Notes: generated by a model not told the origin, from the letters alone. 64,000 nt of DNA from an uncultured Methanomicrobiales archaeon (GCA_963697895.1 OY969100.1:992001-1056000), one strand, 5' to 3'; positions 34,150 through 44,263 are shown, numbered from the stretch's first letter. Numbers and translations: made by a program.

Positions 34150-34270
34150 CCGGGTGACCGACCCATTCGGGTCTGCAGGATGAACCTGGCGGTGCATGGG
34201 CTGTCCGGCGATATCAGGGAAGCGAACTCGAACTATGAGGACCCGCACCAGTCATTCGGGAAATTCGTCA
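34150..34270 (+). pseudogene. Isolated internal fragment of a type I R-M methyltransferase (HsdM-like)
   Basis: [33 protein letters not shown] resembles the HsdM segment that precedes the NPPF motif; NPPF and the rest of the gene are absent. Confidence 0.65.
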
Positions 34271-34392
34271 ACGGTCTGTGTATCCATGCGGTTAGACACA
34301 GAGCGTTCGGCTCCGGGAATTCCAGAGGAAGACCCGGAGCCGCTTTTTTTAGCCTTCACGGGGCAGAGAATTTTTTGCGCGTTCCCCTGCCC

Positions 34393-36924
34393 CTAATCCC
34401 GCAACCTGAACCGGATCGCCCGGTCATGAATGATGTCGTCGTAATCGGCACCAGAGGCCGTGGCCGGATTGAGGTAGGCCCGGTAGCCGATGATTATCGG
34501 GTCGTTAAGCCCGAGACAATAACCGGGGCTCGCGCACGGATGTTCCGGGGTTGCGGTCGGCACGACGACAAAGTATTTGTCATGCTTGTCCTGCGGCGGC
34601 TGGCGAAGCACCTTCACCGCGTACAGGTAGGGCGCCATCGGGTCCCCGGGGATGTATTCCTCTGCGCTCCCGGTGAAAGCGTGGCTGGTCATGCTCACCA
34701 CGCCGTTCCAGCTGCGGTCGCCGCACCCGAACACGTACTGCCACGGGTTGTCCTGGCACGAACTGGTGACCCAGTCTCCGTACACCCCGAAATTGGAATA
34801 GGTAGCCAGGCCGGTTGCCGCATGGTTGACCCCGTAGACCACAACCATATCGTCGTTCCCCAGCGTGAAATTGGCAGCCTCGCCGGAAAGCGACGTCCGC
34901 AGGTAGGGCGTGTCGGAGCCTTCCCCGGCAACGAACTTGTGGTAGAGGGGCGAGCCGGGGTCAGCCTCCTCCAGCACCTCCCTTGAATCGGCAAACCAGC
35001 GGATGGATTCATAGGATTCGTAACTGACATTGGGCGTCTGGGCGAGGATGGCGTTTTTCAGTCGCTCCAGCCCGGCATTCAGGTCGGGATAGAGCTCGCT
35101 CTCGCTCCTCCATGTGCGGACCCGCTGCCCGGGCGTGGGGTAAGGGTCCAGCACCGGCGCCTGTTCGGGCGTAACCCGCCATACCCTGGCATAATGGTCG
35201 TCACTGAGGTACTGGTCCCCCTCGGCCTTGCTGGCGAAGTTAGCCGTGCGCATCAGGATGACAAACGAATCGGCGAGCGGGGTCTCGGGAAGGACGCCGA
35301 GATTCAGCAGCCCGGAAGGAATGACATAGGGATTGATCATGGATTCGGGATAGCCGGCCGCCCGGGCCATGGCCGCTACATGCTCGTAGACTCCCCTGTC
35401 CGCCGTGAAGATCACGATCGTCTGTTTGCTGAAGGGTGTGCCGCCCCCCTCGGTCTTGATCAGGGCGTTGTTCAGCGGATCGTTCACGGCGGCGTTCATC
35501 CAGTCCCCTTTGCGAACGAGGCTGTCCTTGTGCCGGACCCAGAGGTAGACCGTGAAGCTGAAGTAGTCGCACTGTGGCGGGGTCGGCCCCAGGTAGACAA
35601 CAGCCTCGTCAGGCCTGAGCCGAAAAATCGTGAGCCCCCTCTCGAAAGGATTTTCCTCGCCGAGAGGGGAGATCGGAACCATCAGCACTTTGTAGGGTTG
35701 GCCTGCGTTGTTGCCGTTGGCTGAATCACCGATGCCGGAGTCCAGCAGATCGACGATCGGATCGACGGGTGTCATTTGGCCGCTGTTGACAATAAATCCG
35801 TTTGCCTCCAGCGTTGCCCGAAAGGACGCAGCCCGGCCCTGGTCCTCGTCACTGGCGCCGGGCGGAACTATATCGGGCACGGTAACAGGGAGTATGTCAC
35901 CGGGTGCGATGATGTCCGGTTGCACAGGGAGTATGCTGGGCACGGTAACAGGGATTATGTCACCGGGTGCGATGATGTCCGGTTGCACAGGGATTATGCT
36001 GGGCACGGTAACAGGGATTATGTCGCCGGGTGCGATGCTGTCCGGTTGCACAGGGATTATGTCGCCGGGTGCGATGCTGTCCGGTTGCACAGGGATTATG
36101 TCGCCGGGTGCGATGCTGTCCGACGGTTTGAAGGTATAGGGAGTAATAGTAACGGTGCGGGCTGCTGAAACGGTCTTGCCGATGTAGTCAGACCCGTCGG
36201 GTGCCTTGTAGTTGTCCTTGATACCGTTCACGTTGCATTCTGCGGTGACAGTATAGACCCCGGCCTTGTACATCCGGGTGCCCTGGGAGTCGAGTACCCC
36301 GGTGTTCCACCCGATGGTGTTGTCGTTGTTGGGGGTCACCCAGTACGCCGGCTGCTGGGCCACATTAACCTTGAGCAGCGGGATGGAAGTGCTGGTCGTC
36401 TGATAGAGTGCGTTATACACGAAGCCGTCAGCGGTCTTCACCTTGATGGTGAACTGGCCATCAGTAGCGGCGTTGTAGTTCGGCCGCTGGGAGATCGTGT
36501 AGAGGTTACTCTCAATCCGGAAGTTCAGAAAGTCGCCGGCCGGGACAGACTTACCCGAGGCATCCTTTACCGTCTTCTGGTCCCAGACCTTGACATCGAT
36601 TGACGGGTCAAGAACATTGAATGCCACTTCTCCCGGGCTGCCGGTCCACCTGTACCAGTGACCCGTTCTTCCCCCGAAGATCGAGGGCGCCACGGAGAAA
36701 TTGGCCGGATCCCCGACAGTCAATACATAATCGGGTACATCGGTTGCCGGGACGGTTCCTGCGGCAAACCATGCAAGACTTGTTGCCGTTCCTGCGCAGG
36801 CCGAAATGTCGAGACCCTGTTCACCGATGAACACATCGTTGCCTGTTCCAATCGTCTTTACCTCTGCAGAAGCAAGTGGGATAATTGCCACTAGCAGTAT
36901 GAATAGAAAATAATACGCCCTCAT
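34393..36924 (-). CDS. Large secreted protein: DUF3821-like N-terminal domain, Pro-rich repeat linker, unknown C-terminal domain
   Basis: Signal peptide; [39 protein letters not shown]; repeat linker; ~480-aa C-terminal domain. Confidence 0.85.
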   Translation of the reverse strand: MRAYYFLFILLVAIIPLASAEVKTIGTGNDVFIGEQGLDISACAGTATSLAWFAAGTVPATDVPDYVLTVGDPANFSVAPSIFGGRTGHWYRWTGSPGEVAFNVLDPSIDVKVWDQKTVKDASGKSVPAGDFLNFRIESNLYTISQRPNYNAATDGQFTIKVKTADGFVYNALYQTTSTSIPLLKVNVAQQPAYWVTPNNDNTIGWNTGVLDSQGTRMYKAGVYTVTAECNVNGIKDNYKAPDGSDYIGKTVSAARTVTITPYTFKPSDSIAPGDIIPVQPDSIAPGDIIPVQPDSIAPGDIIPVTVPSIIPVQPDIIAPGDIIPVTVPSILPVQPDIIAPGDILPVTVPDIVPPGASDEDQGRAASFRATLEANGFIVNSGQMTPVDPIVDLLDSGIGDSANGNNAGQPYKVLMVPISPLGEENPFERGLTIFRLRPDEAVVYLGPTPPQCDYFSFTVYLWVRHKDSLVRKGDWMNAAVNDPLNNALIKTEGGGTPFSKQTIVIFTADRGVYEHVAAMARAAGYPESMINPYVIPSGLLNLGVLPETPLADSFVILMRTANFASKAEGDQYLSDDHYARVWRVTPEQAPVLDPYPTPGQRVRTWRSESELYPDLNAGLERLKNAILAQTPNVSYESYESIRWFADSREVLEEADPGSPLYHKFVAGEGSDTPYLRTSLSGEAANFTLGNDDMVVVYGVNHAATGLATYSNFGVYGDWVTSSCQDNPWQYVFGCGDRSWNGVVSMTSHAFTGSAEEYIPGDPMAPYLYAVKVLRQPPQDKHDKYFVVVPTATPEHPCASPGYCLGLNDPIIIGYRAYLNPATASGADYDDIIHDRAIRFRLRD
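35870..36125. repeat. Coding tandem repeats of 39-bp ([13 protein letters not shown]) and 63-bp ([21 protein letters not shown]) units
   Basis: Repeated CCGGGTGCGATG and CCGGTTGCACAGGGA blocks, about six [12 protein letters not shown] units. Confidence 0.92.
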
Positions 36925-37484
36925 CAAGCCACCTTTTATATAGACATTACTGAATTGTTTTTTGCCATATTTTGCTATATATAAGCTTAGCAGGGAAGTC
37001 AGGGAAGTTATGGTGCATTTCTTCGCGGTTGTATGGATTGTACTCAGTAAGATTTCATATACGAGGGGGTAAAAGCATGTCTAACGGGAGTCCCTCTGCT
37101 CTGATGGGGGCGGGGGTGTTTTGCCCCGGGGTTCACCATCGGTGCTGCAATTGGCGGGGCGCCTGGCATGACCCTACACCTGATTGCCCCGGCGAAGTCG
37201 TCCAGATCCCCAGACCAATATATCTGAAGTCTGGCGAATGGCCGGTTAATGCGAATTAATCTGCCATTTTCACGTGAGTTTGCGTATGATTTCTCCATAT
37301 TTGTCAAGATTCCGCTGCTCCTGAAGGCATTTTCACCTCCGTTACCACATCCTCGTGTTCAGGCATTTCTGCGCCGTATCGAAGATTTGGATTTTGATGA
37401 AAATCAGCTCATTTTAGCATTCGCAGGTCAAAAAAGATTTGGACTCTGTCAGGAATCCCATCCCCTGCACGGTCAATCTCATTT

Positions 37485-38267
37485 CTAAAAAGGTGATCTC
37501 TTTCCTGCGCCACCCGAGCCAGATTTTGTTTCAATGGTCAGGTCATCGGTGGCAGCAAGAAGGCCCGGGCATTCCTTTCCATAAGTCCGTTCGAGCTCGT
37601 GCCGTTCCTCGAGGGTCGTGTATTTGTTGGCCCCGAAATGGATCAGGGCAAGCCTCTTTGCATGGGCTTCCCGTGCGATGCGGATCGCATCTTCCGGGTT
37701 CAGGTGCGGCCAGTACGGGCTCTCCTCCCCGGGTTTCAGCCCGCACTCGGCGATCAGGAGGTCCGCGTTCCGGGCGAGGAGGACGGCATTCTCGCAGAAG
37801 CCGGTATCGGTGCAGAAGGCGATCTTCTTCCCCTCGATGGTGATCGCGTACCCGAAGCAGGGGACGGGATGGACCAGCGGCCGGCACTCGACGGGGATGG
37901 GAACACGGTGACTTCCTTCCGCAAGCCCGGTGAACGTGACCGGGAACGGGAGCTCCTCGAACGGCACGGTGAACGGTTCCCTGACGAATGACCGGAGCAC
38001 GGCTTCGATCCCGATCTGACCGCAGATGGAGAGCGGGTGCCGGAACCGGAACTTCATGAGGGTATGCAGCCCGGCGATGTGGTCGATGTGGTAATGGCTG
38101 ATGAACAGGAACGTCGGCTTCTCCTGGCTGATGTACCGGTCGGCCTTTGCGATGCCGTTGCCGGCGTCGAAGATGATATCGTATTCCTCGGACCGGACCA
38201 GCACCGAGCAGGTATTCCCGGTGAGGGTGTCGTACCACCCGTTCGTGCCCAGAAAGGTGACCTTCAT
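37485..38267 (-). CDS. MBL-fold metallo-hydrolase (RNase Z-like)
   Basis: MKVTFLGT, DAG.G, SHYHIDHIAG (HxHxDH), TDTG, ADLLIAEC, HL, LIH. Confidence 0.88.
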   Translation of the reverse strand: MKVTFLGTNGWYDTLTGNTCSVLVRSEEYDIIFDAGNGIAKADRYISQEKPTFLFISHYHIDHIAGLHTLMKFRFRHPLSICGQIGIEAVLRSFVREPFTVPFEELPFPVTFTGLAEGSHRVPIPVECRPLVHPVPCFGYAITIEGKKIAFCTDTGFCENAVLLARNADLLIAECGLKPGEESPYWPHLNPEDAIRIAREAHAKRLALIHFGANKYTTLEERHELERTYGKECPGLLAATDDLTIETKSGSGGAGKRSPF

Positions 38268-38635
38268 CTCTTCCGGGTATGGCGGCGGAAGACAAAAAGA
38301 CCGGGTACTCGTCCGGCCATAATTGTTATTGTCCTTGATGTCCGATCCTCCACTTTCCAAACGTCACGAGGTTATGGATGACCGGTCCGGTCTCGCGGGA
38401 GAAAGATATGCCGGAACCGGAGGAGACCGGTTTTCCTGGCGTAAAACCTTCCGGAATGGGTTTTTCTTTATGGATGCTCCCTGCCTTCCTTCCCGCGACA
38501 CAAGTATTATAGCACCCGGGTTCCATGGGCATATGCTCTGAGGGGGGTGACCGGAAGTATCTTCGGTGAATACATTCACCGGTTTTTCCGCGATCGGAGG
38601 AGTTCTCAGGGCAGTGAAATGAAGGATTGAGCAGA

Positions 38636-38944
38636 ATGACCAGGTTCTACATGAAATGGCAGTTGGATCCATTGTTTACTCCTCATCATCCGGAAGAGCG
38701 GGTAACACTGTGGTTGTCCATGCTTGAGATGGTAAAAGCGGATCTGAAATCGGGTGGTCTGGCGGACTGGGGAGTCTGCAATGACAATAGCGAAGGGTAT
38801 TGTTTTGCCGAAACAGATGAAAAAACCCTCCACGCGACGATCCTGAAGTGGATGCCCTATGTCAGGTTCGAGGTCAAGCCGGTGCTTACGGTCGATCAGG
38901 TTATAGCAAATATCAAGCAGCTGGCAGCGGCCACCAAAAAGTAA
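38636..38944 (+). CDS. DUF3303-like small protein
   Basis: FYMKWQL, DWG...EGY, MPYVRFEVKPVLTVDQ. Confidence 0.7.
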   Translation: MTRFYMKWQLDPLFTPHHPEERVTLWLSMLEMVKADLKSGGLADWGVCNDNSEGYCFAETDEKTLHATILKWMPYVRFEVKPVLTVDQVIANIKQLAAATKK

Positions 38945-39281
38945 CCGTACCCGGTAATTTTTTTATTTTATCCTTTAATCCCCGGGATCTTACCCGATCT
39001 TCCCGGACCATACCCATTCCTGAACGCCGATGGCCCTCGAATATTTCTTCATCGCTCCCGGATCGTCAGGGTATCGCGGGACGGTCCCCTGATCGGGGCA
39101 AATGCCTCCGGATCAGCAGACATCTACCCCGTCGATCCGGAATGTATCCCGATTGCGAAGGATATATGGGTGCTCCGGTGTGTAGCGTGAACAGGGTAAA
39201 AACATTCCCGATCAACACACATTTATATACCGATTCAGATGTATCCACACGAATATCCATCCCTGATGAGAGTGATCCCGT

Positions 39282-41849
39282 ACGATCTCCGTGCTCTATG
39301 TCGATGATGAAGTATCGCTTCTCGAGATCGGGAAATGGTACCTGGAGAAGACAGGCAGTTTCACTGTCGATACCGCAGGGTCTGCCGGAACCGCACTCCT
39401 GAAGCTGGGGGAGCGTGCTTACGATGCCGTCGTATCGGATTACCAGATGCCGGAGATGAACGGTATCGAACTCCTGAAGAGAGTACGGAAGGAATACCCC
39501 GCACTTCCGTTCATCATCTTCACCGGAAGGGGGGGAGACGACGTTGCCCGGGAGGCGATAGAAAACGGTGCAAATTCCTATATCCAGAAGAGCGATGCGC
39601 CGGATTCGCAGTTCGCAGAACTGATTGAGAAGTTCCGGAGTATTATTGCCGCGAGACAGCGGGAGACCGGCCGGGATGTCCCCGGAACCCGCTACCGGAG
39701 GCTTTTCGAGACGGCCCAGGACGGCATCCTGATCCTCGACGAGAAAACCGGAGATATCATCGATGCAAATCCCTTCATCCTGGCCCTGCTCGGGTATTCG
39801 CGTGGGGAAATAATCGGTAAAAAACCCTGGGACGAGAACGGGTGCATCCAGGATAAGGTGCGTGCCAAAGACGCGTTCATCGCGCTGAAGAAGAACGGGA
39901 ATATCCGCTATGAAGTGCTTACCCTCCAGACCAAATCCGGGAAGATCCTCGATGTCGGGTTCACCGGCACGGTCTACCCGGTGGATGGGACGACCGTCAT
40001 CCAGTGCATTATCCGGGACATCACGGATCGCATACGAGCGGAGGACGCACTCCGGGAGAGCGAGGAGAAATACCGGGATTTCTTCCGGACATCCCGGGAC
40101 GGCGTCTTCATCACGACCATGGACGGCAGTCTCGATGACATGAACGACGGCCTGGTGGAACTGTTCGGATATGCGGATGCGGAAGAACTGCGGAGGGTCA
40201 ACGTCCTCGACCTGTACGCAGACCCTGAGGAACGGAAAGAACATATCCGTACGGTCCAGGAGCGGGGTTCCGCCAGGGACTACCCGGTCACCCTCCGGAA
40301 GAAAGACGGAGACGTGATCCATTCCCTGATCACGACCGTCGTCCGGAAAGATGGCGACGGGAATGCGATCGGGTTCCAGGGCACGATCCGGGACGTCACC
40401 GAACGTCTGCGGACGGAGAATGCATTGCGGGAGAGCGAAGAGAAGTTCCGGAACATCTTCGATCAGATCAACGATGCGATACATATCATTGAAATACAGG
40501 AAAACGGGCATCCCGGCAGGTTCGTCGAGGTAAATGACGTCGCATGCCGGATGCTCGGGTACGGCCGGGAAGAACTGCTCTCTCAGGGTCCCCTCGATTC
40601 TGTCACGGAGTATCACAGCCATCTCATGGAAGGCATCGTGCACGATCTCGCAACAAAGGGATACACCATATTCGAGACGGAACACCGGAGAAAAGACGGG
40701 AGTGTCGTCCCGGTGGAGATCAACGCCCGGAGGGTCAGCCTACTGGGACAGGATCTGATCCTGGCGATCGTCAGGGATATCACCGAACGCAGACAGGCGG
40801 AGGAGGCATTGCAGGAGAGCGAGAAACGGTACCGGAATGTCGTGGAGGGTCAGACCGAGTTCATCTGCCGGTTTACCCCGGACGGGACCCACATCTTCGT
40901 GAATGAAGCGTATTGCCGCTATTTCGGGAAGGGGCGCGAGGAATTGATCGGGTACCGCTTCACCCCGGGTATCCTTCCCGAGGATCGGCAACCGCTCCGG
41001 GACCATTTTGTGTCGCTCACGATCGAGAACCCGGTTGCAACGGTGGAACACCGTATCGGTATGCCGGACGGGACGATCCGCTGGCAGAACTGGAGCGATC
41101 GTGCGATATTCGACCCGCAGGGGAAACTCGTTGAATACCAGTCGGTCGGCCGGGACGTCACCGACCGGAAGGAGGCGGAGCTCGCCCTGAAGACCGCACA
41201 TGAGAAGCTGAACATGCTCAACAGCATCACCCGTCACGACATCCAGAACAAGCTAATGGTGGTCCGGGGGTACATCAGCATCATCGGGGATGCCGTCCGG
41301 GATCCCGATATTCTCCCGTACCTGGAGAAGATGAAAAATGCTGCGGGGGCGATCGGGGAACAGCTGGAGTTCGCCCGGGACTACCAGGACCTGGGGATGA
41401 AATTTCCGGTCTGGCTCACGCTCGGCAACGTATTAAAACAGGTCGGTTTCCAGATGCCCCCGGGTCCCCCGGATATGGAGACCGATTTCGGGGAGGATCT
41501 TCAGGTGTATGCCGACCCGTTGTTCTTCAAGGTCTGGTACAACCTCTGGGAGAACACGCTCCGTCATGCCGGACAGGCAACCACGATCACGGTGACCGCG
41601 AAAGAGACCCCGGAGGGCCTGGTCATTATCTATGCAGACGATGGCCAGGGGATTCCTCTTTCTGAAAAAGAGAATATATTCGAACGGGGGCACGGGAAGA
41701 ATACCGGTCTCGGCCTCTTCTTTGTCCGGGAGATCCTCGCGATCACCGGGATGACGATCCGGGAGACCGGGGAACCCGGAAAGGGCGCACGGTTCGAGAT
41801 CACGGTCCCGAAGGGGGCATACCGGTTCGCGGGCAGTGAAGATCCTTAA
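39282..41849 (+). CDS. Hybrid sensor histidine kinase: REC domain, 4 PAS domains, HATPase
   Basis: VLYVDDE/VSDYQMP receiver domain, four PAS/PAC units, ITRHDIQN H-box, NTLRH, DDGQG, GKNTGLGL; the expected start codon position reads ACG. Confidence 0.93.
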   Translation, partial: TISVLYVDDEVSLLEIGKWYLEKTGSFTVDTAGSAGTALLKLGERAYDAVVSDYQMPEMNGIELLKRVRKEYPALPFIIFTGRGGDDVAREAIENGANSYIQKSDAPDSQFAELIEKFRSIIAARQRETGRDVPGTRYRRLFETAQDGILILDEKTGDIIDANPFILALLGYSRGEIIGKKPWDENGCIQDKVRAKDAFIALKKNGNIRYEVLTLQTKSGKILDVGFTGTVYPVDGTTVIQCIIRDITDRIRAEDALRESEEKYRDFFRTSRDGVFITTMDGSLDDMNDGLVELFGYADAEELRRVNVLDLYADPEERKEHIRTVQERGSARDYPVTLRKKDGDVIHSLITTVVRKDGDGNAIGFQGTIRDVTERLRTENALRESEEKFRNIFDQINDAIHIIEIQENGHPGRFVEVNDVACRMLGYGREELLSQGPLDSVTEYHSHLMEGIVHDLATKGYTIFETEHRRKDGSVVPVEINARRVSLLGQDLILAIVRDITERRQAEEALQESEKRYRNVVEGQTEFICRFTPDGTHIFVNEAYCRYFGKGREELIGYRFTPGILPEDRQPLRDHFVSLTIENPVATVEHRIGMPDGTIRWQNWSDRAIFDPQGKLVEYQSVGRDVTDRKEAELALKTAHEKLNMLNSITRHDIQNKLMVVRGYISIIGDAVRDPDILPYLEKMKNAAGAIGEQLEFARDYQDLGMKFPVWLTLGNVLKQVGFQMPPGPPDMETDFGEDLQVYADPLFFKVWYNLWENTLRHAGQATTITVTAKETPEGLVIIYADDGQGIPLSEKENIFERGHGKNTGLGLFFVREILAITGMTIRETGEPGKGARFEITVPKGAYRFAGSEDP

Positions 41850-41982
41850 CCGGCAATTTTTACTTCCCTTGTCCGTGCACTGTTCACCGGGCGACTACCG
41901 GTGGGATTTCCCCTGTGGAGAGGATCATACACTATTCGGGTTTTCTAAAAAAAAGGGAGACCGGCCGTTCTGCCGATCTTCA

Positions 41983-42084
41983 TTACTTCTTTTCTTTCTT
42001 CTTCTCTTCTTCCTTCTTCTCAGCTTTCTCGTCTCGTCGTCCGGAAACTGCCTTTGCTCCGACGACCTTCTTTGCTAGGCCCAT
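41983..42084 (-). CDS. 33-aa Lys/Glu-rich small protein
   Basis: GGAGGTG RBS 9 nt before ATG; MGLAKKVVGAKAVSGRRDEKAEKKEEEKKKEKK followed by TAATGA; not in the ORF track. Confidence 0.65.
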   Translation of the reverse strand: MGLAKKVVGAKAVSGRRDEKAEKKEEEKKKEKK

Positions 42085-42399
42085 ACCGAGTTACACCTCC
42101 TAGCTCAACAGTCTACCAACGGAATCAGATTCCGTCGATGTTGTGCTTGAAGCTATATCCATATGTTATGATTTAAATATTTGTTGGACGGCCGGAGGAA
42201 ATCCGGTGGTATTGACGACCCGGTTCAGGAACCTGCCCGATCGGGAAAAGGAAAAAAGTCGAGGTAATGAGCCGGTGATCCCCGGGTGCAATATCAGATA
42301 TCCAAGGTCTTATCGGGGGAAACCGAATTCCGAATCGTACCCCTTAACATGATAATAATCCGGACCTCCCGGTTCTTTCCAGTAAAAGGAAGTTCACCA

Positions 42400-42657
42400 T
42401 TAAATTTTCTCGTAAATATTCCTCCTGTGTCCGACGCGGACGACAAGGACCACCAGTTTTTGGTGCAGTATATCGAGAATAACCCTGTACTCGCCGACAT
42501 GAACGGAATACAGGGGAGAGTCGTTTAACCGGTACACAGAACTAACCGGGTCGTCCCGGATCTCCTCCAGGGTCGAGATAATCCGGGCGATCACATCCTT
42601 CGGTAATTTTTTTAAATCCTTAATCGCCCGCGGGGATAGAATGATCTCGTAGGGCAT
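42400..42657 (-). CDS. relE: Type II toxin, RelE/ParE family
   Basis: YEIILSPRAIKDLKKL, YSVHVGEYRVI, RVGHRRNIY. Confidence 0.9.
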   Translation of the reverse strand: MPYEIILSPRAIKDLKKLPKDVIARIISTLEEIRDDPVSSVYRLNDSPLYSVHVGEYRVILDILHQKLVVLVVRVGHRRNIYEKI

Positions 42658-42897
42658 TTAAAAGAGCCCTAATTCTTTTTTGGCGTCATTGAGCGTGTAA
42701 TATTTGCCGTCCCGTATCTCTTCCAGCGACTCAGCGATTGCCAGGCGGTCCTCCTCCGTCAATGGTTCGGGATCGGTCATCCGGTCGAGTAACCGGCCGA
42801 TCACCGTATCATAGGATTCTTTCGGATGAACCTTCAGCCTGGTTAACCGCTCCCGGTTTTGCGGACTGATCCGTACACACGATGTAGACGAGGGCAT
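42658..42897 (-). CDS. Cognate antitoxin (archaeal RHH-like)
   Basis: VRIS...RERL..LK.HPKESYDTVIGRLL and LEEIRDGKYYTLNDAKKELGL; its stop abuts the toxin start. Confidence 0.85.
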   Translation of the reverse strand: MPSSTSCVRISPQNRERLTRLKVHPKESYDTVIGRLLDRMTDPEPLTEEDRLAIAESLEEIRDGKYYTLNDAKKELGLF

Positions 42898-43103
42898 ACA
42901 TAAGTATACATTTGTATGCATATTATTTCTTCGATGGGGTACGATCACCGGAAAAGGTGTCAACAAGCCGTTCTTCCGGACGAATAACAGATTGTGTAAT
43001 TGTTGAATCCCGAGAAAGATCCCCCGGAGAAATTATTTCCCTGCGATTTATTCACTGGTCGAACCCCATGGATCCCAAATGGGAAAGATGGGTTTATACC
43101 ATC

Positions 43104-43538
43104 TCATCCCGGAATTTTCCTGCCTGAGCTCCGGATCAGCCCGTACTCGATCTCGTACCAGGCGGACGGGAGATCGAGGGTATAGGTCACGAGTCCTTTA
43201 TCTTCCGCTTCGGCGACCTGCCGGAGCAGGGACTGCTGGTCTTCCGGCGAATGGTCGAAGATGAGCCACCGTTTTGTCGGGTCGCTCATGGTCCACGACC
43301 GGGCCGGGATGTCATCCGGCGGGGAGGTCACGCTCTGGTCTCCCGGGTCGAAGAACGAGACGACCTGTCCGGCCCGGTCTTCTGCTGCGGCCGTCCGGTT
43401 CGCTGCCGCTGTGGCTTCGGCCTTTGCTACTGCGGTCTCCTGCTCAGCGTTCTTCTTTTTGCGGTTCTGGATGAATGCGATTGCCGCCGCGATGATGGCG
43501 GCGAACAGTTCAAAGAGCGGGATCAGTTCAGGGTCCAT
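43104..43538 (-). CDS. Hypothetical protein with N-terminal TM helix, Ala-rich coiled coil and small C-terminal domain
   Basis: MDPELIPLFELFAAIIAAAIAFIQNRKKK; AGGAG RBS; start overlaps the end of the upstream small ORF. Confidence 0.8.
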   Translation of the reverse strand: MDPELIPLFELFAAIIAAAIAFIQNRKKKNAEQETAVAKAEATAAANRTAAAEDRAGQVVSFFDPGDQSVTSPPDDIPARSWTMSDPTKRWLIFDHSPEDQQSLLRQVAEAEDKGLVTYTLDLPSAWYEIEYGLIRSSGRKIPG

Positions 43539-43677
43539 GGTATTTCTCCTTCATGCGGGCGTGTTCTTCCCGGAGCGTGGCAAACTCGCTGCAGATAACG
43601 TCGTACTTCCCGATCTTCTGGTGGATTGAGAAGAGGGCGGGGTAGAGCGGGAGGACCGCGCCGAGGATGATGGTCAT
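43528..43677 (-). CDS. Small TM plus coiled-coil protein (49 aa from ATG 43677; 54 aa if ACG 43692 is used)
   Basis: MTIILGAVLPLYPALFSIHQKIGKYDVICSEFATLREEHARMKEKYHGP; GGGGTGA RBS upstream; 11-bp overlap with the next gene; not in the ORF track. Confidence 0.7.
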   Translation of the reverse strand: MTIILGAVLPLYPALFSIHQKIGKYDVICSEFATLREEHARMKEKYHGP

Positions 43678-43714
43678 CAGTTCGTAGTCCGTGAGAGATC
43701 ACCCCCCACTTTCC

Positions 43715-44121
43715 GTGCATCGTTCATGAGAGAAACCCCGGGAGAGGCCGTCTTCCGTGCATGATCCCTGTTGAGACCTCGCCATGGTGGGATCGGGCAG
43801 TGCATCGTTCGTGAGTGAAACCTCGACGGGGGAGGGATCGGGCAGTGCATCATTCGTAAGAGAAACCTCGCCAGGGATCGATTGGTCTGTGCATCGTTCA
43901 TGAGAGACCTCGCAAGGGATCGATTGCTTTGTGCATCGTTCAAGAGAGACCTCGCAAGGGATCGATTGCTTTGTGCATCGTTCATGAGAGAACCTTGCCA
44001 GGGATCGATTGGTCTGTGCATCGTTCATGAGAGACCTCGCAAGGGATCGATTGCTTTGTGCATCGTTCATGAGAAACCTTGCCGGGGCAAGGATTGTCTT
44101 CGGTGCATCGTTCATGAGAGA
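43715..44121. repeat. Intergenic array of 10 units (42-45 bp period) with a conserved GTGCATCGTTCATGAGAGA core and semi-variable linkers
   Basis: Cores start at 43715, 43757, 43800, 43845, 43889, 43931, 43973, 44016, 44058 and 44103. Confidence 0.95.
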
Positions 44122-44131
44122 CAACTTCCGG

Positions 44132-44263
44132 TGACGGCAGGCAGGATCCAGAAAATCTGCCGGAAAGGTTCCCGATCTTGCCGGGTGAGGGAGAGGACGT
44201 GATGAGGGGGGAGAAGAGGGGGAACTCTTCTCTCCCGGGTGACTCCCGCCGTTCCTGCCGTCA
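44132..44263 (-). other. Putative structured RNA/DNA element between the 167-aa gene and the array
   Basis: TGACGGCAGG (44132-41) and CCTGCCGTCA (44254-63) form an inverted repeat that encloses a GGGGGAGAAGAG/CTCTTCTCTCCC hairpin (~44207-44236). Confidence 0.5.

Noticed and set aside
39066-40685. 539-aa minus-strand ORF and other long antisense ORFs (e.g. 47807-48988, 31826-32785, 53036-53974)
   Set aside because: These are shadows of GC3-biased genes on the opposite strand and have no motifs of their own.
43715-44121. Calling the array a CRISPR or TIGR array
   Set aside because: The linkers are homologous or identical to each other rather than unique spacers, there is no cas or Nop-domain gene nearby, and no clear box C/D pair is visible.
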